Assembly: GCA_963699235.1 (NCBI GenBank)
Contig: OY969424.1
Location: 1,850,964-1,914,963 of the forward strand
Length of the DNA stretch: 64,000 nucleotides
Direction: 5' to 3'
Source of the DNA: an uncultured Chloroflexia bacterium
GTDB taxonomy: Bacteria; Chloroflexota; Limnocylindria; QHBO01
The notes beneath the pieces are model-generated. The model worked only from the letters and a program-made list of their open reading frames with translations, was not told the origin of the DNA and made no database searches. The translations under genes and the position numbers were made by a program. Shown here piece after piece: positions 28,200 through 37,362 of this stretch (positions are counted from its first letter, which is position 1; every line of letters starts with the position of its first letter).

Positions 28200-29411
28200 G
28201 TGCATGACGTCACGGTCATCGGCGGCGGGCTCATCGGCCTGGCGACGGCCCGCAGCCTCCTCCTCCGACGGCCGAAGCTGCGGCTGGCGGTCCTCGAGCA
28301 GGAGCCGGAGCTGGCCCGCCACCAGAGCGGCCGAAACTCGGGTGTCATCCACCGCGGCATCTACTACGCGCCCGGCTCGCTGAAGGCGCGCCTCTGCACC
28401 GCTGGGGCAGACCGGATCACGGCCTACTGCGACGGGAAGGGCATCCCCTGGCAACGGGTCGGCAAGGTCATCATCGCCAGCACGCCCGACGAGGTCCCCC
28501 GCCTGGCCGAGCTGCACCGCCGCGGGCTGGAGAACGGGGTACCAGGCCTGGAGCTCATCGGCACGGAGCGCCTTCGCGAGCTCGAGCCGGCGGCCGTCGG
28601 GGTGCAGGCGATCTACTCGCCCAACACCGGCATCGTCGACTACGGCCGGGTTGCCAATGCCTTCGCCGATGACATCCGGGCGATGGGCGGGGAAATCCAC
28701 CTCGGCACCCGGGTGCGCGGCATCCGTGACCATTGGAACCGGGCGATCATCGACACCGGGGACGAGCCGGTGCTCTCCCGCTACGTCGTCGCCTGCGCCG
28801 GGCTGCAGTCCGACCGGGTGGCGGCCATGACCGAGCGCGACGCGCTGGGATCGATGCGGATCGTCCCGTTCCGCGGGGACTACTGGGTCCTCCGGCCCGA
28901 GCGATCGCTTCTCTGTCGGTCGCTCATCTATCCCGTCCCCGATCCGCGCTTCCCGTTCCTCGGCGTCCACTTCACGCGCCGGGTGGATGGAACAGTGTGG
29001 ACTGGGCCGAACGCCGTCCTGGCCCTCGCCCGCGAGCGCTACGGGCGGGCTGACGTCCGCGTCCGAGACGCGCTGACCACCTTCACCTTCGGCGGGTTCT
29101 GGCGGATGGCGGCGCGGCACTGGCGGATGGGCCTGGACGAGGTCTGGCGGGACATCTCGCGACAGAGCTTTGCCAACGCGCTGCGGCGATACGTGCCCGA
29201 GCTGCGCGACGACGACCTGCTCCCCGGCCCTGCGGGAAACCGCGCCCAGGCGATCGCGGCGGATGGATCGCTGGTGGACGACTTCGCGATCACCGCCTCG
29301 GGACGGAGCATTCACGTCCGCAACGCCCCGTCGCCGGGAGCTACCTCGTCACTCGCCATCGGCGACGTGATTGCGGACCAGGTGGACGAGCGGTTCACAC
29401 TTCGGAACTGA
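28200..29411 (+). CDS. lhgO: L-2-hydroxyglutarate oxidase/dehydrogenase-type FAD oxidoreductase
   Basis: VTVIGGGLIGLATA (FAD fold), followed by HQSGRNSGVIHRGIYYAPGSLKA, which is characteristic of LhgO. Confidence 0.8.
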   Translation: MHDVTVIGGGLIGLATARSLLLRRPKLRLAVLEQEPELARHQSGRNSGVIHRGIYYAPGSLKARLCTAGADRITAYCDGKGIPWQRVGKVIIASTPDEVPRLAELHRRGLENGVPGLELIGTERLRELEPAAVGVQAIYSPNTGIVDYGRVANAFADDIRAMGGEIHLGTRVRGIRDHWNRAIIDTGDEPVLSRYVVACAGLQSDRVAAMTERDALGSMRIVPFRGDYWVLRPERSLLCRSLIYPVPDPRFPFLGVHFTRRVDGTVWTGPNAVLALARERYGRADVRVRDALTTFTFGGFWRMAARHWRMGLDEVWRDISRQSFANALRRYVPELRDDDLLPGPAGNRAQAIAADGSLVDDFAITASGRSIHVRNAPSPGATSSLAIGDVIADQVDERFTLRN

Positions 29412-29434
29412 CCCCGGGCGGGCCGGGTGCTCGA

Positions 29435-31534
29435 TCAGAGCTGGCCGGCCACGACCTCCAGGAAGTCCCACTGGGCGGCAAACTCGGGCGACGGGCCCTG
29501 CGAGGTGGCGATGATCCCCACCGCCAACGGCTGCGCGCCGCTCGTCCACGCGTCCGGGACGGTGCGGCCACCCAGCCCGGCCGTGAAGCCACGCTTGGTT
29601 GCCCCGCCGTCCAGCGAGTAGTACGGCAGGTACGTGTCAGCATCGGTCTCGACGAAGAGGTAGAGATCGACGCAGGCGGCGGCGAGAATCTCGGTGTCCG
29701 TCTTGGTCGCGATCCCGACGCCATCCCCGTTCACCTCGCGGGCGTCATGGACGGCCCCGTTCGCGGATCCCTTGACCGTGGCCTTGACGTAGTCGTCCTG
29801 GTCGCCGGCCCCGAGGAAGATCCCGACCGAGGCGAAGTCCGACATCGGGTACGGCCCACAGACCCGGCCGTGGACGGTGAAGTCGGAGACCGGCGTCGTG
29901 ACGTTCACCTGGAATCCGTTGCGCTGGGTGTTGTCGCCGTTGAAGGCGTCGCCTTCGGTGACTCCCGGGACGTTGAAGCGGCCACCGCTGGGGCCAACCG
30001 TGGCGCCATCGAACTGGGTGAGCGACGGGGTGACCGAGTTCGTCATGAGGCCGGTGAAGCCCGCGTCCTCGATTCCCCCGGCACCGCCGTCGAACGAGAG
30101 GGCGAACGGGATGGTCAGGCCTGACGCATTCGAGCTGTCGGTGGCAAAGGCGTCGCACTCATCGGGGATGGTGTCGCCGTCGGTGTCACTCGCGCTGGCG
30201 ACGACGGTCAGGCTGACGGTGCCGATGTCCTGGCCTCCGAGCGGGTCTGACACCGTGTAGGTGAAGCTGTCGGCCCCGGTGTATCCCCCGTCAGGGACGT
30301 ACCGGACGAGGCGTGGGACGTCCACGCCGTTGATCTTGTGGGTGAGGATCGTGGCCGTTCCATGCGGCGGGTTCGACACGCTCGCGATGGACAGCAGGCC
30401 GCCCTCGGGATCGGTGTCGTTGTTCAGGACGCGGTACTGCCATGAGCAGCCGGCCCGGACATTGCCCAGGTTGTCGTTGACGGCGTTCGGCAGCTGGTTG
30501 CCGCTCCCGACGTAGGCGCCGAGCGCGTTTTCGACCCCGGTCGAGACGACACCGGTCCCACCGGCCACCACGATCGCGTCGGGGTCGAGCCGATCGAGCT
30601 CGGCGGCGGTCTCGGCCGGGATGCTGTTCTGCTGCACGAGGAGCACCGGGCCGCCGTTGTCGGCCGCTGCCGGTCCGGCAGCGAGGGCATCCGGGAAGCC
30701 GAGCCCGTTCGCGACATAGACCAGGCTCACGCCAGGGCTGAAGTTCGCCGCGCTGATGGCGGCGGCGGTGGCGAAGCGGTTCGCGCCAGCCTGGCGGGTC
30801 ACGCTGCCGGTGGTGTACGGGTCGAGGGCGGCTTCCATCGTGGCGGCAACCACGCCGGTGCCCCCGGCGATGACGATCGCGTCAGGGTTCAGCCGGTCGA
30901 GCTCAGCGGCCGTCTCGGTCGGGATGGTGTTCTGCGTGACGAGCAGGACGGGACCGCCGTTGTCCGCGGCTGCCGGCCCGGCGGCGAGGGCATCGGGGAA
31001 TCCGAGGCCATTGGCGACGTAGACGATGTTCACGCCGGGGCTGAAGTTCGCGGCGCTGATGGCGGCGGCGGTCGCAAAGCGGTTCGCGCCGGCCTGGCGG
31101 CTGACGTTGCTCGAGTACGTTTCGAGCTGGGTCTCGACCGCGGGCGACACCACGCCGGTTCCGCCGGCCACCACAATGGCATCGGGGTTCAGGCGATCGA
31201 GCTCGGCGGCGGTTTCGGCGGGGATGTTGTTCTGGTTGACGAGGAGGACGGGACCGCCGTTATCGGCGGCTGCCGGCCCGGCGGCCAGGGCATCGGCGAA
31301 GCCGAGACCGTTGGCGACGTAGACGATGTTCACACCGGGGCTGAAGTTCGCGGCGCTGATCGCGGCAGCGGTCGCGAAGCGGTTCGCGCCGGCCTGGCGG
31401 GTCACGCCCGCCACGGCGGCGACGGTGCTCACCGGAAGGGACGAGACGGCGATGAGGCCGGCCAGGAAGAGGAGCAGGTGCCGAGATCGGCGGTGTTGTC
31501 CGGAGGTCGCGGCCGGCGCAGTGAGGCTAGGCAA
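29435..31534 (-). CDS. Secreted wall-anchored protein A: signal peptide, 3x CWB2 repeats, cadherin-like Ig domain, Ca-binding DxDxD motif and a C-terminal lectin/ConA-like beta-sandwich
   Basis: There are three ~100-aa repeats: RQAGANRFATAAAISAANFSPGV..VYVANGLGF.DALAAGPAAADNGGPVLLV.QN.IP.ETAAELDRL.PDAIV.AGGTGVV. Then VNDNL...VLNNDTDPEGGLLSIASVSNPPHGTA...GADSFTYTVSD (cadherin-like) and DTDGDTIPDECD. The C-terminal ~230 aa is shared with protein B. Likely TTG start at 31534. Confidence 0.85.
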   Translation of the reverse strand: MPSLTAPAATSGQHRRSRHLLLFLAGLIAVSSLPVSTVAAVAGVTRQAGANRFATAAAISAANFSPGVNIVYVANGLGFADALAAGPAAADNGGPVLLVNQNNIPAETAAELDRLNPDAIVVAGGTGVVSPAVETQLETYSSNVSRQAGANRFATAAAISAANFSPGVNIVYVANGLGFPDALAAGPAAADNGGPVLLVTQNTIPTETAAELDRLNPDAIVIAGGTGVVAATMEAALDPYTTGSVTRQAGANRFATAAAISAANFSPGVSLVYVANGLGFPDALAAGPAAADNGGPVLLVQQNSIPAETAAELDRLDPDAIVVAGGTGVVSTGVENALGAYVGSGNQLPNAVNDNLGNVRAGCSWQYRVLNNDTDPEGGLLSIASVSNPPHGTATILTHKINGVDVPRLVRYVPDGGYTGADSFTYTVSDPLGGQDIGTVSLTVVASASDTDGDTIPDECDAFATDSSNASGLTIPFALSFDGGAGGIEDAGFTGLMTNSVTPSLTQFDGATVGPSGGRFNVPGVTEGDAFNGDNTQRNGFQVNVTTPVSDFTVHGRVCGPYPMSDFASVGIFLGAGDQDDYVKATVKGSANGAVHDAREVNGDGVGIATKTDTEILAAACVDLYLFVETDADTYLPYYSLDGGATKRGFTAGLGGRTVPDAWTSGAQPLAVGIIATSQGPSPEFAAQWDFLEVVAGQL
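30500..31405 (-). repeat. Three tandem ~300-nt intragenic repeats encoding the CWB2 modules of protein A
   Basis: ATGTTCAC(G/A)CCGGGGCTGAAGTTCGCGGCGCTGAT... recurs on the + strand at 31026 and 31326 (period 300). A slightly diverged copy lies near 30726. Confidence 0.85.
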
Positions 31535-31600
31535 TGGAAGTTCCCTTCAGGCTCTTCGTGAGAGGCAGGAGTCGGTCAGGTAGTACAGCTGGGAGGCGGC

Positions 31601-33418
31601 TCACAGGTGACCTGGAGCCACTTCCAGCAGATCGAAGGTGGCGGTGAACTCGGGAGCCGGCCCGGCTGAGGACAGCCACAGCCCCACGGCCATCGGCTGG
31701 GAGCCGTTGATCCACGAAGCGGGGACCGTCCGAAGCGCGCCGTTGCCGCCCAGGCCGAGACGCGTCGTGCCCCCGTTGAGCGAATAGCTCGGGCTGTACG
31801 TGAGCGTCGAGGTGTTCACGTGGAGGTACAGCTCGATGCATGACGCGGCGGGGATGTTGTTGTCGATGTGGGTGGCGATGCCGGCACCCACCCCACCCAC
31901 TTCGCGGGCGTCGTGCACTGACGGTCCGAGCGCCTCGCCCTTGAGGGTGATCTTGATGTAGTTGTCCTGACCCAGATCGTTACCGGGTCCGAAGAAGACC
32001 CCGGCCGAAGCGAACTCCTCGGTCGGGTACGACGCGGAGCCGCAGATCCGGCCGTGGACGGTGAAGGTGCTGACCGGGGTCGTCACGTTCACCTGGAACC
32101 CGTTCTCCAGGGTGTTCGTGGCATTGAGCGCGTCTCCCGGGCCGATGTTCTGGAGGCGGAACATGCCGCCGGTGATCGAGACGTCGCCAGGGTTGTACAG
32201 CGACATGGTCGAGGTGGTCCCGTTCCTCATGAGGCCGGTGAAACCGGTGTCCTCGATGCCACCGCCGCCACCGTTGAAGCTCAGGGCAAACGGCAGGGTT
32301 CGCCCGGTGGCGTTCGACGGATCGCACGCGAAGGAATCGTTCGTGTCATTGATGCCGTCACCGTCGGTGTCAGGCGGCGCGGCGACGCAGTTGATGAACT
32401 GCACGAGCTGCTGCTCGACCGCGGAGCAGACGACGCCGGTGCCGCCGGCGATGATGATCTCGTCCGGGTTCAGGCGGTCGAGCTCGGCCGCCGTCTCGGA
32501 CGGGATCGAGCACTGGTTGACGAGGAGGAGCGGACCGCCGCGCTGGGCGGCGGCCGGCCCGGCGGCCAGGGCGTCGGGGAAGCCCAGGCCGTTCGCGATG
32601 TAGACCGCATTCACGCCGGCGCCGAACGTCTGGTTCGAGATGGTCGCGGCAGTGGCGAATCGGTTCAACCCCGCCTGGCGGGTCACGCTGCCGGAGGTGA
32701 AGGCATCGAGCGACGTCTCGACCGAGGCTGACACGACTCCGGTTCCGCCGGCGACGATGATCTCGTCCGGGTTCAGGCGGGTGAGCTCAGCGGCGGTGTC
32801 GGCCGGGATCGCGTTCTGCGTGACGAGGAGGACCGGGCCGCCGAGGTCGGCAGCCGCCGGACCGGCCGCCAGGGCGTCCGGGAAGCCCAGGCCGTTCACG
32901 ATGTAGACCGCGTTCACGCCGGGGTTGAAGTTCGCGGCGCTGATGGCCGCCGCGGTCGCGAATCGGTTCGCGCCGGCCTGGCGGGTCACGCTGCCGGTAG
33001 TGAAGGCATCGAGCTGCGCCTGGACCGAGGCCGACACGACCCCGGTGCCGCCGGCGACGATGATCTGGTCGGGGTTGAGCCGGTTGAGCTCCGCTCCCGT
33101 CTCGCTCGGAATCGAGTTCTGGTTCACGAGGAGGACCGGGCCGTTCAGGTGGGCTGCGGCGGGTCCAGCGGCCAGGGCATCGGCGAAGCCCAGCCCGTTC
33201 ACGATGTAGACCGCGCTGACCCCGGGGTTGAACGTGTTCGCCGAGATCGCCTGCGCGGTCGCGAAGCGGTTCACGCCGGCCTGGCGGCTGACGCCGGTGG
33301 CCGCCAGGGCGTTCGTCGGGAACGCCTGGACGATGAGCATGACGATCAGGATCGGAGCCAGCCGGGCGGTCTTCCGCGCCGAGGTCCGACCGCCGAGGGC
33401 ACGACGGCGGTGGGTCAC
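31601..33418 (-). CDS. Secreted wall-anchored protein B: signal peptide, 3x CWB2 repeats, DxDxD Ca-binding motif and a C-terminal lectin/ConA-like domain
   Basis: GTG start at 33418 with a GGGGAG SD. It has three CWB2 repeats (RQAG.NRFATA.AIS...VYI.NGLGF.DALAAGPAAA..GGP.LLV.Q..IP..TAAEL.RLNPD.II.AGGTGVV), then DTDGDGINDTND. The C-terminal domain is a paralog of that in protein A (LPFALSF.GG.GGIED.GFTGLM...ENGFQVNVTTPVS.FTVHGR.CG). Confidence 0.85.
   Translation of the reverse strand: MTHRRRALGGRTSARKTARLAPILIVMLIVQAFPTNALAATGVSRQAGVNRFATAQAISANTFNPGVSAVYIVNGLGFADALAAGPAAAHLNGPVLLVNQNSIPSETGAELNRLNPDQIIVAGGTGVVSASVQAQLDAFTTGSVTRQAGANRFATAAAISAANFNPGVNAVYIVNGLGFPDALAAGPAAADLGGPVLLVTQNAIPADTAAELTRLNPDEIIVAGGTGVVSASVETSLDAFTSGSVTRQAGLNRFATAATISNQTFGAGVNAVYIANGLGFPDALAAGPAAAQRGGPLLLVNQCSIPSETAAELDRLNPDEIIIAGGTGVVCSAVEQQLVQFINCVAAPPDTDGDGINDTNDSFACDPSNATGRTLPFALSFNGGGGGIEDTGFTGLMRNGTTSTMSLYNPGDVSITGGMFRLQNIGPGDALNATNTLENGFQVNVTTPVSTFTVHGRICGSASYPTEEFASAGVFFGPGNDLGQDNYIKITLKGEALGPSVHDAREVGGVGAGIATHIDNNIPAASCIELYLHVNTSTLTYSPSYSLNGGTTRLGLGGNGALRTVPASWINGSQPMAVGLWLSSAGPAPEFTATFDLLEVAPGHL
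32385..33292 (-). repeat. Three tandem ~300-nt intragenic repeats encoding the CWB2 modules of protein B
   Basis: GCGAA(T/G)CGGTT(C/A)...GCCTGGCGG(G/C)T(C/G)AC blocks recur near 32650, 32950 and 33255 on the + strand. Confidence 0.8.
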
Positions 33419-33642
33419 GATTCTCCCCTCAGATGAGTGCGAGATGAACGATGTGGGCCGAGCGGGCGTATCAGTGGGCCGGAGGACCGTGCGGGCCGAA
33501 GCCCGCGGATGACGGAACGCGATCCTCCTCTGACTCAGCCTGCCGAGACTGCGTGCGGGACCTTAGCCCGTTTGGGCTATTCGTGTCTAGGACCCATGCC
33601 GTCGAATCGGTGCGAAGTGTGCCCACCGTCAACACTTCTTGA

Positions 33643-34803
33643 TCACGCGGGAGGAATTCCGGGTAATGGGACCCGGGCCGGCACCAGGCCTTCCGCCCGA
33701 AGCTCCCGCCACAGGTCGAGCGGGATGTCGCGGGTGAAGTGCGCCACGTTCTCCTCGAGCTCTGCGGCGGAGCGGATCCCGGCAAGGACTGAGCCCACCG
33801 CGGGGTGGCCGAGCGGGAACTGGATGGCGGCAGCCGCCAGCGGGACGCCGTGGCGGGCACAGACCTCCTGCATCTGAAGGGCACGCTCCAGCGGAGCGGC
33901 GTTGCGACCCACGGCGCGATAGTCGAACGAGGCGCCAGGCTGCGGGTTGGCCAGGATGCCGCTGTTGAAGACGCCGCCGACGTTGACGGTCATCCCCCGC
34001 TCGGCCGCCGTGGGCAGGAGGTCGTCGAGCCCGGTCTGGTTGAGCAGGGTGTACCGGCCGGCCAGCAGGAAGGTGTCGAACGCCGCTTCCTGGGCGAACC
34101 GGGTGAGCATGGCGGACTGGTTCATCCCCACTCCGATCGCCGAGACCGAGCCTTCGGACCGCAGCTGGTCCAGCGCCCGGAATGCTCCCGATAGCGCCTG
34201 GTCATAGTCGTGATCCGGGTCGTGGATGTAGAGCATGTCGACCCGGTCCACGCCAAGTCGACCAAGGCTCTCCTCAACGGAACGCATGACCCCGTCGTAG
34301 CTGAAGTCGAAGTAGGCGTCGAGCGCCCGCTCATCGCCCCGGTCAAAGGGGAACCCGAGGGGGTAGGTAGGATCGCGCCCGACCACCCGGCGCCCCATCC
34401 GGGTCGCATGCCGCCAGATGAGACCGGGGCCGCGCTCCGGCCCGCTGACCGACTGGTGCAGGACGTGGGCGATCTTGCGCCCGGTGGATACGCGGCGGAG
34501 GAGCCGCCCGACCTTGGTGGCCAACACGAAGTCCGCTCGCGGAAGGCCCGCGATGCCGGCGCCGACCCGGGTCTCGGCCAGGCCGGACCCGTACTGCGGG
34601 GCCGTGTCCAGCAGTCGGACGCCGAGCCGGTGCGCGGTGCGGATGACCGCCTCGGCCTCCTCGTCTTCGATGAGCCCCATCATGTTGCCGAGCGGGACGG
34701 TCCCCACCCCCAGTCGAGGGGCGAACAGATCGGTTGACCCGACCCGGGCGGTCCCCACCATCCCCGCGGCTCCAGCGGTCCCAGGGGTTCGTTCGGTCGT
34801 CAT
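33643..34803 (-). CDS. Aldo/keto reductase family oxidoreductase
   Basis: LGVGTVPLGNM, AHRLGVRLLDTAPQYGSG, VLATKVG and VDMLYIHDPD are AKR signatures. The protein is 386 aa and carries an insertion after the ATKVG strand. Confidence 0.85.
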   Translation of the reverse strand: MTTERTPGTAGAAGMVGTARVGSTDLFAPRLGVGTVPLGNMMGLIEDEEAEAVIRTAHRLGVRLLDTAPQYGSGLAETRVGAGIAGLPRADFVLATKVGRLLRRVSTGRKIAHVLHQSVSGPERGPGLIWRHATRMGRRVVGRDPTYPLGFPFDRGDERALDAYFDFSYDGVMRSVEESLGRLGVDRVDMLYIHDPDHDYDQALSGAFRALDQLRSEGSVSAIGVGMNQSAMLTRFAQEAAFDTFLLAGRYTLLNQTGLDDLLPTAAERGMTVNVGGVFNSGILANPQPGASFDYRAVGRNAAPLERALQMQEVCARHGVPLAAAAIQFPLGHPAVGSVLAGIRSAAELEENVAHFTRDIPLDLWRELRAEGLVPARVPLPGIPPA

Positions 34804-34807
34804 CGCC

Positions 34808-35212
34808 CTAAACCACGGTCACGGTGGTGAGCTCGCCGACCAGCATCACCAGGCCGGGCAGGAGTGCCACCGCGATGAGGGCCACCCGCGCCGGCCATTC
34901 ATACGGTGCCATGGCGATCGCCGCGACGGTGAACACCACGAGCACGGTGACGACGAGCGCGGGCGCCCAGAGCCCCATGTAGAGAAGGACGGTCGCCACC
35001 AGCAGGTCGATCGTCAGGCTGAGCGGAACGACCAGGGCGACGCGCGTCAGGCGGTCGGTGATGCCAGTCAGCCACAGGAGTGCGACACCCGGACCAACGA
35101 GCAGGAAGCCGGCCACGAGGATCTCGCGGAACGGAAACTGCTCGGAGCCGATCGCGATTGCGGCGGCCAGCCCAAGGGCCGGGATCAACAGGTGGACTGG
35201 GCGCAGCTTCAT
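34808..35212 (-). CDS. Small 4-TM membrane protein (hypothetical)
   Basis: 134 aa and almost entirely hydrophobic. The ATG at 35212 overlaps the stop of the upstream large membrane protein (ATGA). Confidence 0.6.
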   Translation of the reverse strand: MKLRPVHLLIPALGLAAAIAIGSEQFPFREILVAGFLLVGPGVALLWLTGITDRLTRVALVVPLSLTIDLLVATVLLYMGLWAPALVVTVLVVFTVAAIAMAPYEWPARVALIAVALLPGLVMLVGELTTVTVV

Positions 35213-37089
35213 CGGACCTCCGGCGGGGGGAACTCGGTGATGTGGTACACCGCGCCGTCGCGGTTCTCGAAGATGAGCTCTCCGGCGGCGGCCACCCTGG
35301 CATGCCGTTGGGCGAACGCTTCCGCGCTCATGTTCCAGAACAGCTCGGCGAAGGCGACCTGGCCGCGGGTCACGACGAAGTAGGTCTGCTGGCCCGGCGG
35401 CGTCCGGTTCAGCAGCTCGCGGAGCAGATCCTCGATGTGGCCCTCTTCGAACTCGTCACCGACGTTGACGACGTTGTGCTGCTCCCATTCGAAGTACCCC
35501 AGTGGCACCGAGTGGTTGGCCTCCCCGATCGTGTCGCCCTCCTGGGCCAGGTCCGACGTGAACTCGAGCAGCTGGTACTCCTCCAGCGTCACGAAGTCGG
35601 CCTTCTCGTTGCCAAAGCGACTGAACAGCATGAAAAAGGCGAAGACGATGGAGACCCCCACGAGCAGGACGTCGAGCCTCCAGGAGGCCGGTCGCATCGA
35701 CGGGAAGAACGCCGCAGCCAGGAAGAACGCCATGAACGGCAGGGAGAAGAGGTACACCCGCAGCAGCATCTCGCCGCCGTAACCCTGGAGGAAGACGAGC
35801 CCGAAGGGCGCGACCGCCAGTAGGGCCAGGGTCAGGTCCAGGTTCCCCGCCCGGAGGCGACGGAGCCCCCCGATGAAGGCGATCAGCCAGACGCCGATGG
35901 TCAGCCCCAGGCGCACCTGGAGGACGAACAGGTGCCCATCACTCCCGCTGAACCGGTCCAAGGTGCTGGCGGTGACAACGGTGCCCACCTGGCCGATGTC
36001 TTCCAATAGGCCGGCGAGGTGGCCGGTCAGGTAGGTGGTCGCCATGAACAGGAGCCAGCTGCTGAGGAGCACCATCATCAGGACCGGCAGACCGGTGAGC
36101 CGGATCCGGTTGAAGACCGTCAGGCCGATCACGCCGCCGAGCATCGCGAAGGGCGTGAGCTGATGGCTTGCCACCGACGCCCCGAAGAGGGCGACCACCA
36201 CGGCCACCAGTCCGATCTGCTGGCGCTCCGACATCGCCCACTCCCCCAGCGGCTCCAGTGCCCCGGCCGGGTCGACGGTGAGCCGACGGAAGCGGCCGGG
36301 CGCGAACCGACTGGCCGATGACCAGAATCGCCCGCTCCACGTGTCGGACCCCGGCCCCTGGCGGAACCAGGAGAGGAGGACCGCGGTGACCGAGAGCATG
36401 ATCAGGATGTTGAACGCCTGGGGCGAGAAGTAGTCCTGGCCCACCCAGTTGACCAGGTAGAACATCCAGATGGCGAGCCACATGTGGCGCGGGTCGGACG
36501 TCGCCGACCGCATGATCAGGTACAGGGGCGCCAGGTACAGCAGCATGATCACCGGCGGAATCCAGGACAGGATCGGCAGGAGATCCTCGAATCCGGTCGC
36601 CGTCGAGAACAGCGCCGCCAGGGTGAAGAAGGCCGGCCAGTCGAACCGCGCGTCGTCGAGCGGGAACAGCTCACCGGTCCGCGCTATGGCATCGCTGAAC
36701 CCGACGTGGAGCCAGGCGGTGGGGAATCGCGGCATGTCCTCGAGGAACGCCGGAGCGCCGTACAGCATCACGGCGAGGGCGACCACGTGAACCACCAGGA
36801 CAGCGCTGGGCGGTGGTCGCATCCGGAGGGCCACGAAGAATGACGCCGCCAGGAGCCCGATGAAGACGAAGGCGTACGGCGGCATGACGGAGATGAGACC
36901 CCGGTCATCCATCCGTCGCGGGTCCAGCCCACTGACGACGGCGATCCATCCGATCGTCGCCAGGACGGCGATGCCCGAAAGCGCAAACCCGATCCAGGCG
37001 CGGCGACTCGGACTCCATCTGGCGGGCACGAGTCGACGTCGCATGGAGCCGGGGGCACCCGGTTTCAGCGGATCGACATGGTTCTCCAC
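35209..37089 (-). CDS. Large polytopic membrane protein with a C-terminal soluble domain; GT-C-fold glycosyltransferase candidate
   Basis: 626 aa with roughly 13 predicted TM helices. There is an acidic motif right after TM1 (DPRRMDDRGL). A ~130-aa hydrophilic C-terminus follows (FVTLEEYQLLEFTSDLAQEGD...). The coding call is solid, but the family call is inference from architecture only. Confidence 0.6.
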   Translation of the reverse strand: MENHVDPLKPGAPGSMRRRLVPARWSPSRRAWIGFALSGIAVLATIGWIAVVSGLDPRRMDDRGLISVMPPYAFVFIGLLAASFFVALRMRPPPSAVLVVHVVALAVMLYGAPAFLEDMPRFPTAWLHVGFSDAIARTGELFPLDDARFDWPAFFTLAALFSTATGFEDLLPILSWIPPVIMLLYLAPLYLIMRSATSDPRHMWLAIWMFYLVNWVGQDYFSPQAFNILIMLSVTAVLLSWFRQGPGSDTWSGRFWSSASRFAPGRFRRLTVDPAGALEPLGEWAMSERQQIGLVAVVVALFGASVASHQLTPFAMLGGVIGLTVFNRIRLTGLPVLMMVLLSSWLLFMATTYLTGHLAGLLEDIGQVGTVVTASTLDRFSGSDGHLFVLQVRLGLTIGVWLIAFIGGLRRLRAGNLDLTLALLAVAPFGLVFLQGYGGEMLLRVYLFSLPFMAFFLAAAFFPSMRPASWRLDVLLVGVSIVFAFFMLFSRFGNEKADFVTLEEYQLLEFTSDLAQEGDTIGEANHSVPLGYFEWEQHNVVNVGDEFEEGHIEDLLRELLNRTPPGQQTYFVVTRGQVAFAELFWNMSAEAFAQRHARVAAAGELIFENRDGAVYHITEFPPPEVR

Positions 37090-37125
37090 GGGCGGAGAAA
37101 TCTATACGATGACGCGGTGACCGTC

Positions 37126-37362
37126 ATGTACCCCGAGCTGATCGTCCGTGCCGTACTCGTCGACGCGGAGCTCCATTCCCTCGCGGAAGTGGTGCTCATT
37201 GTCAGCCTTGTGGCGGTTCTCGCGGCGCGAGAAATGGTCCGCCACCGGCGGGCGTTCTGGTCGGAACGGATCGTCCCGAGCCTCACCGCGCTCGCCATCC
37301 CGCTGGCGTTCGCCTGGGTCGTGATCATCTTCGAGCGCTTCCTCGAGCTGACCAGCGGTTGA
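37126..37362 (+). CDS. Small 2-TM membrane protein, translationally coupled to the CPBP protease
   Basis: High third-position GC across 78 codons, with hydrophobic segments VVLIVSLVAVLAA and LTALAIPLAFAWVVIIF. The stop overlaps the downstream TTG start (TTGA at 37359-37362). Confidence 0.4.
   Translation: MYPELIVRAVLVDAELHSLAEVVLIVSLVAVLAAREMVRHRRAFWSERIVPSLTALAIPLAFAWVVIIFERFLELTSG

Noticed and set aside
30500-33292. Periodic ~300-nt repeats considered as a non-coding satellite or CRISPR-like structure
   Set aside because: They are in frame and encode the CWB2 protein modules of two genes.
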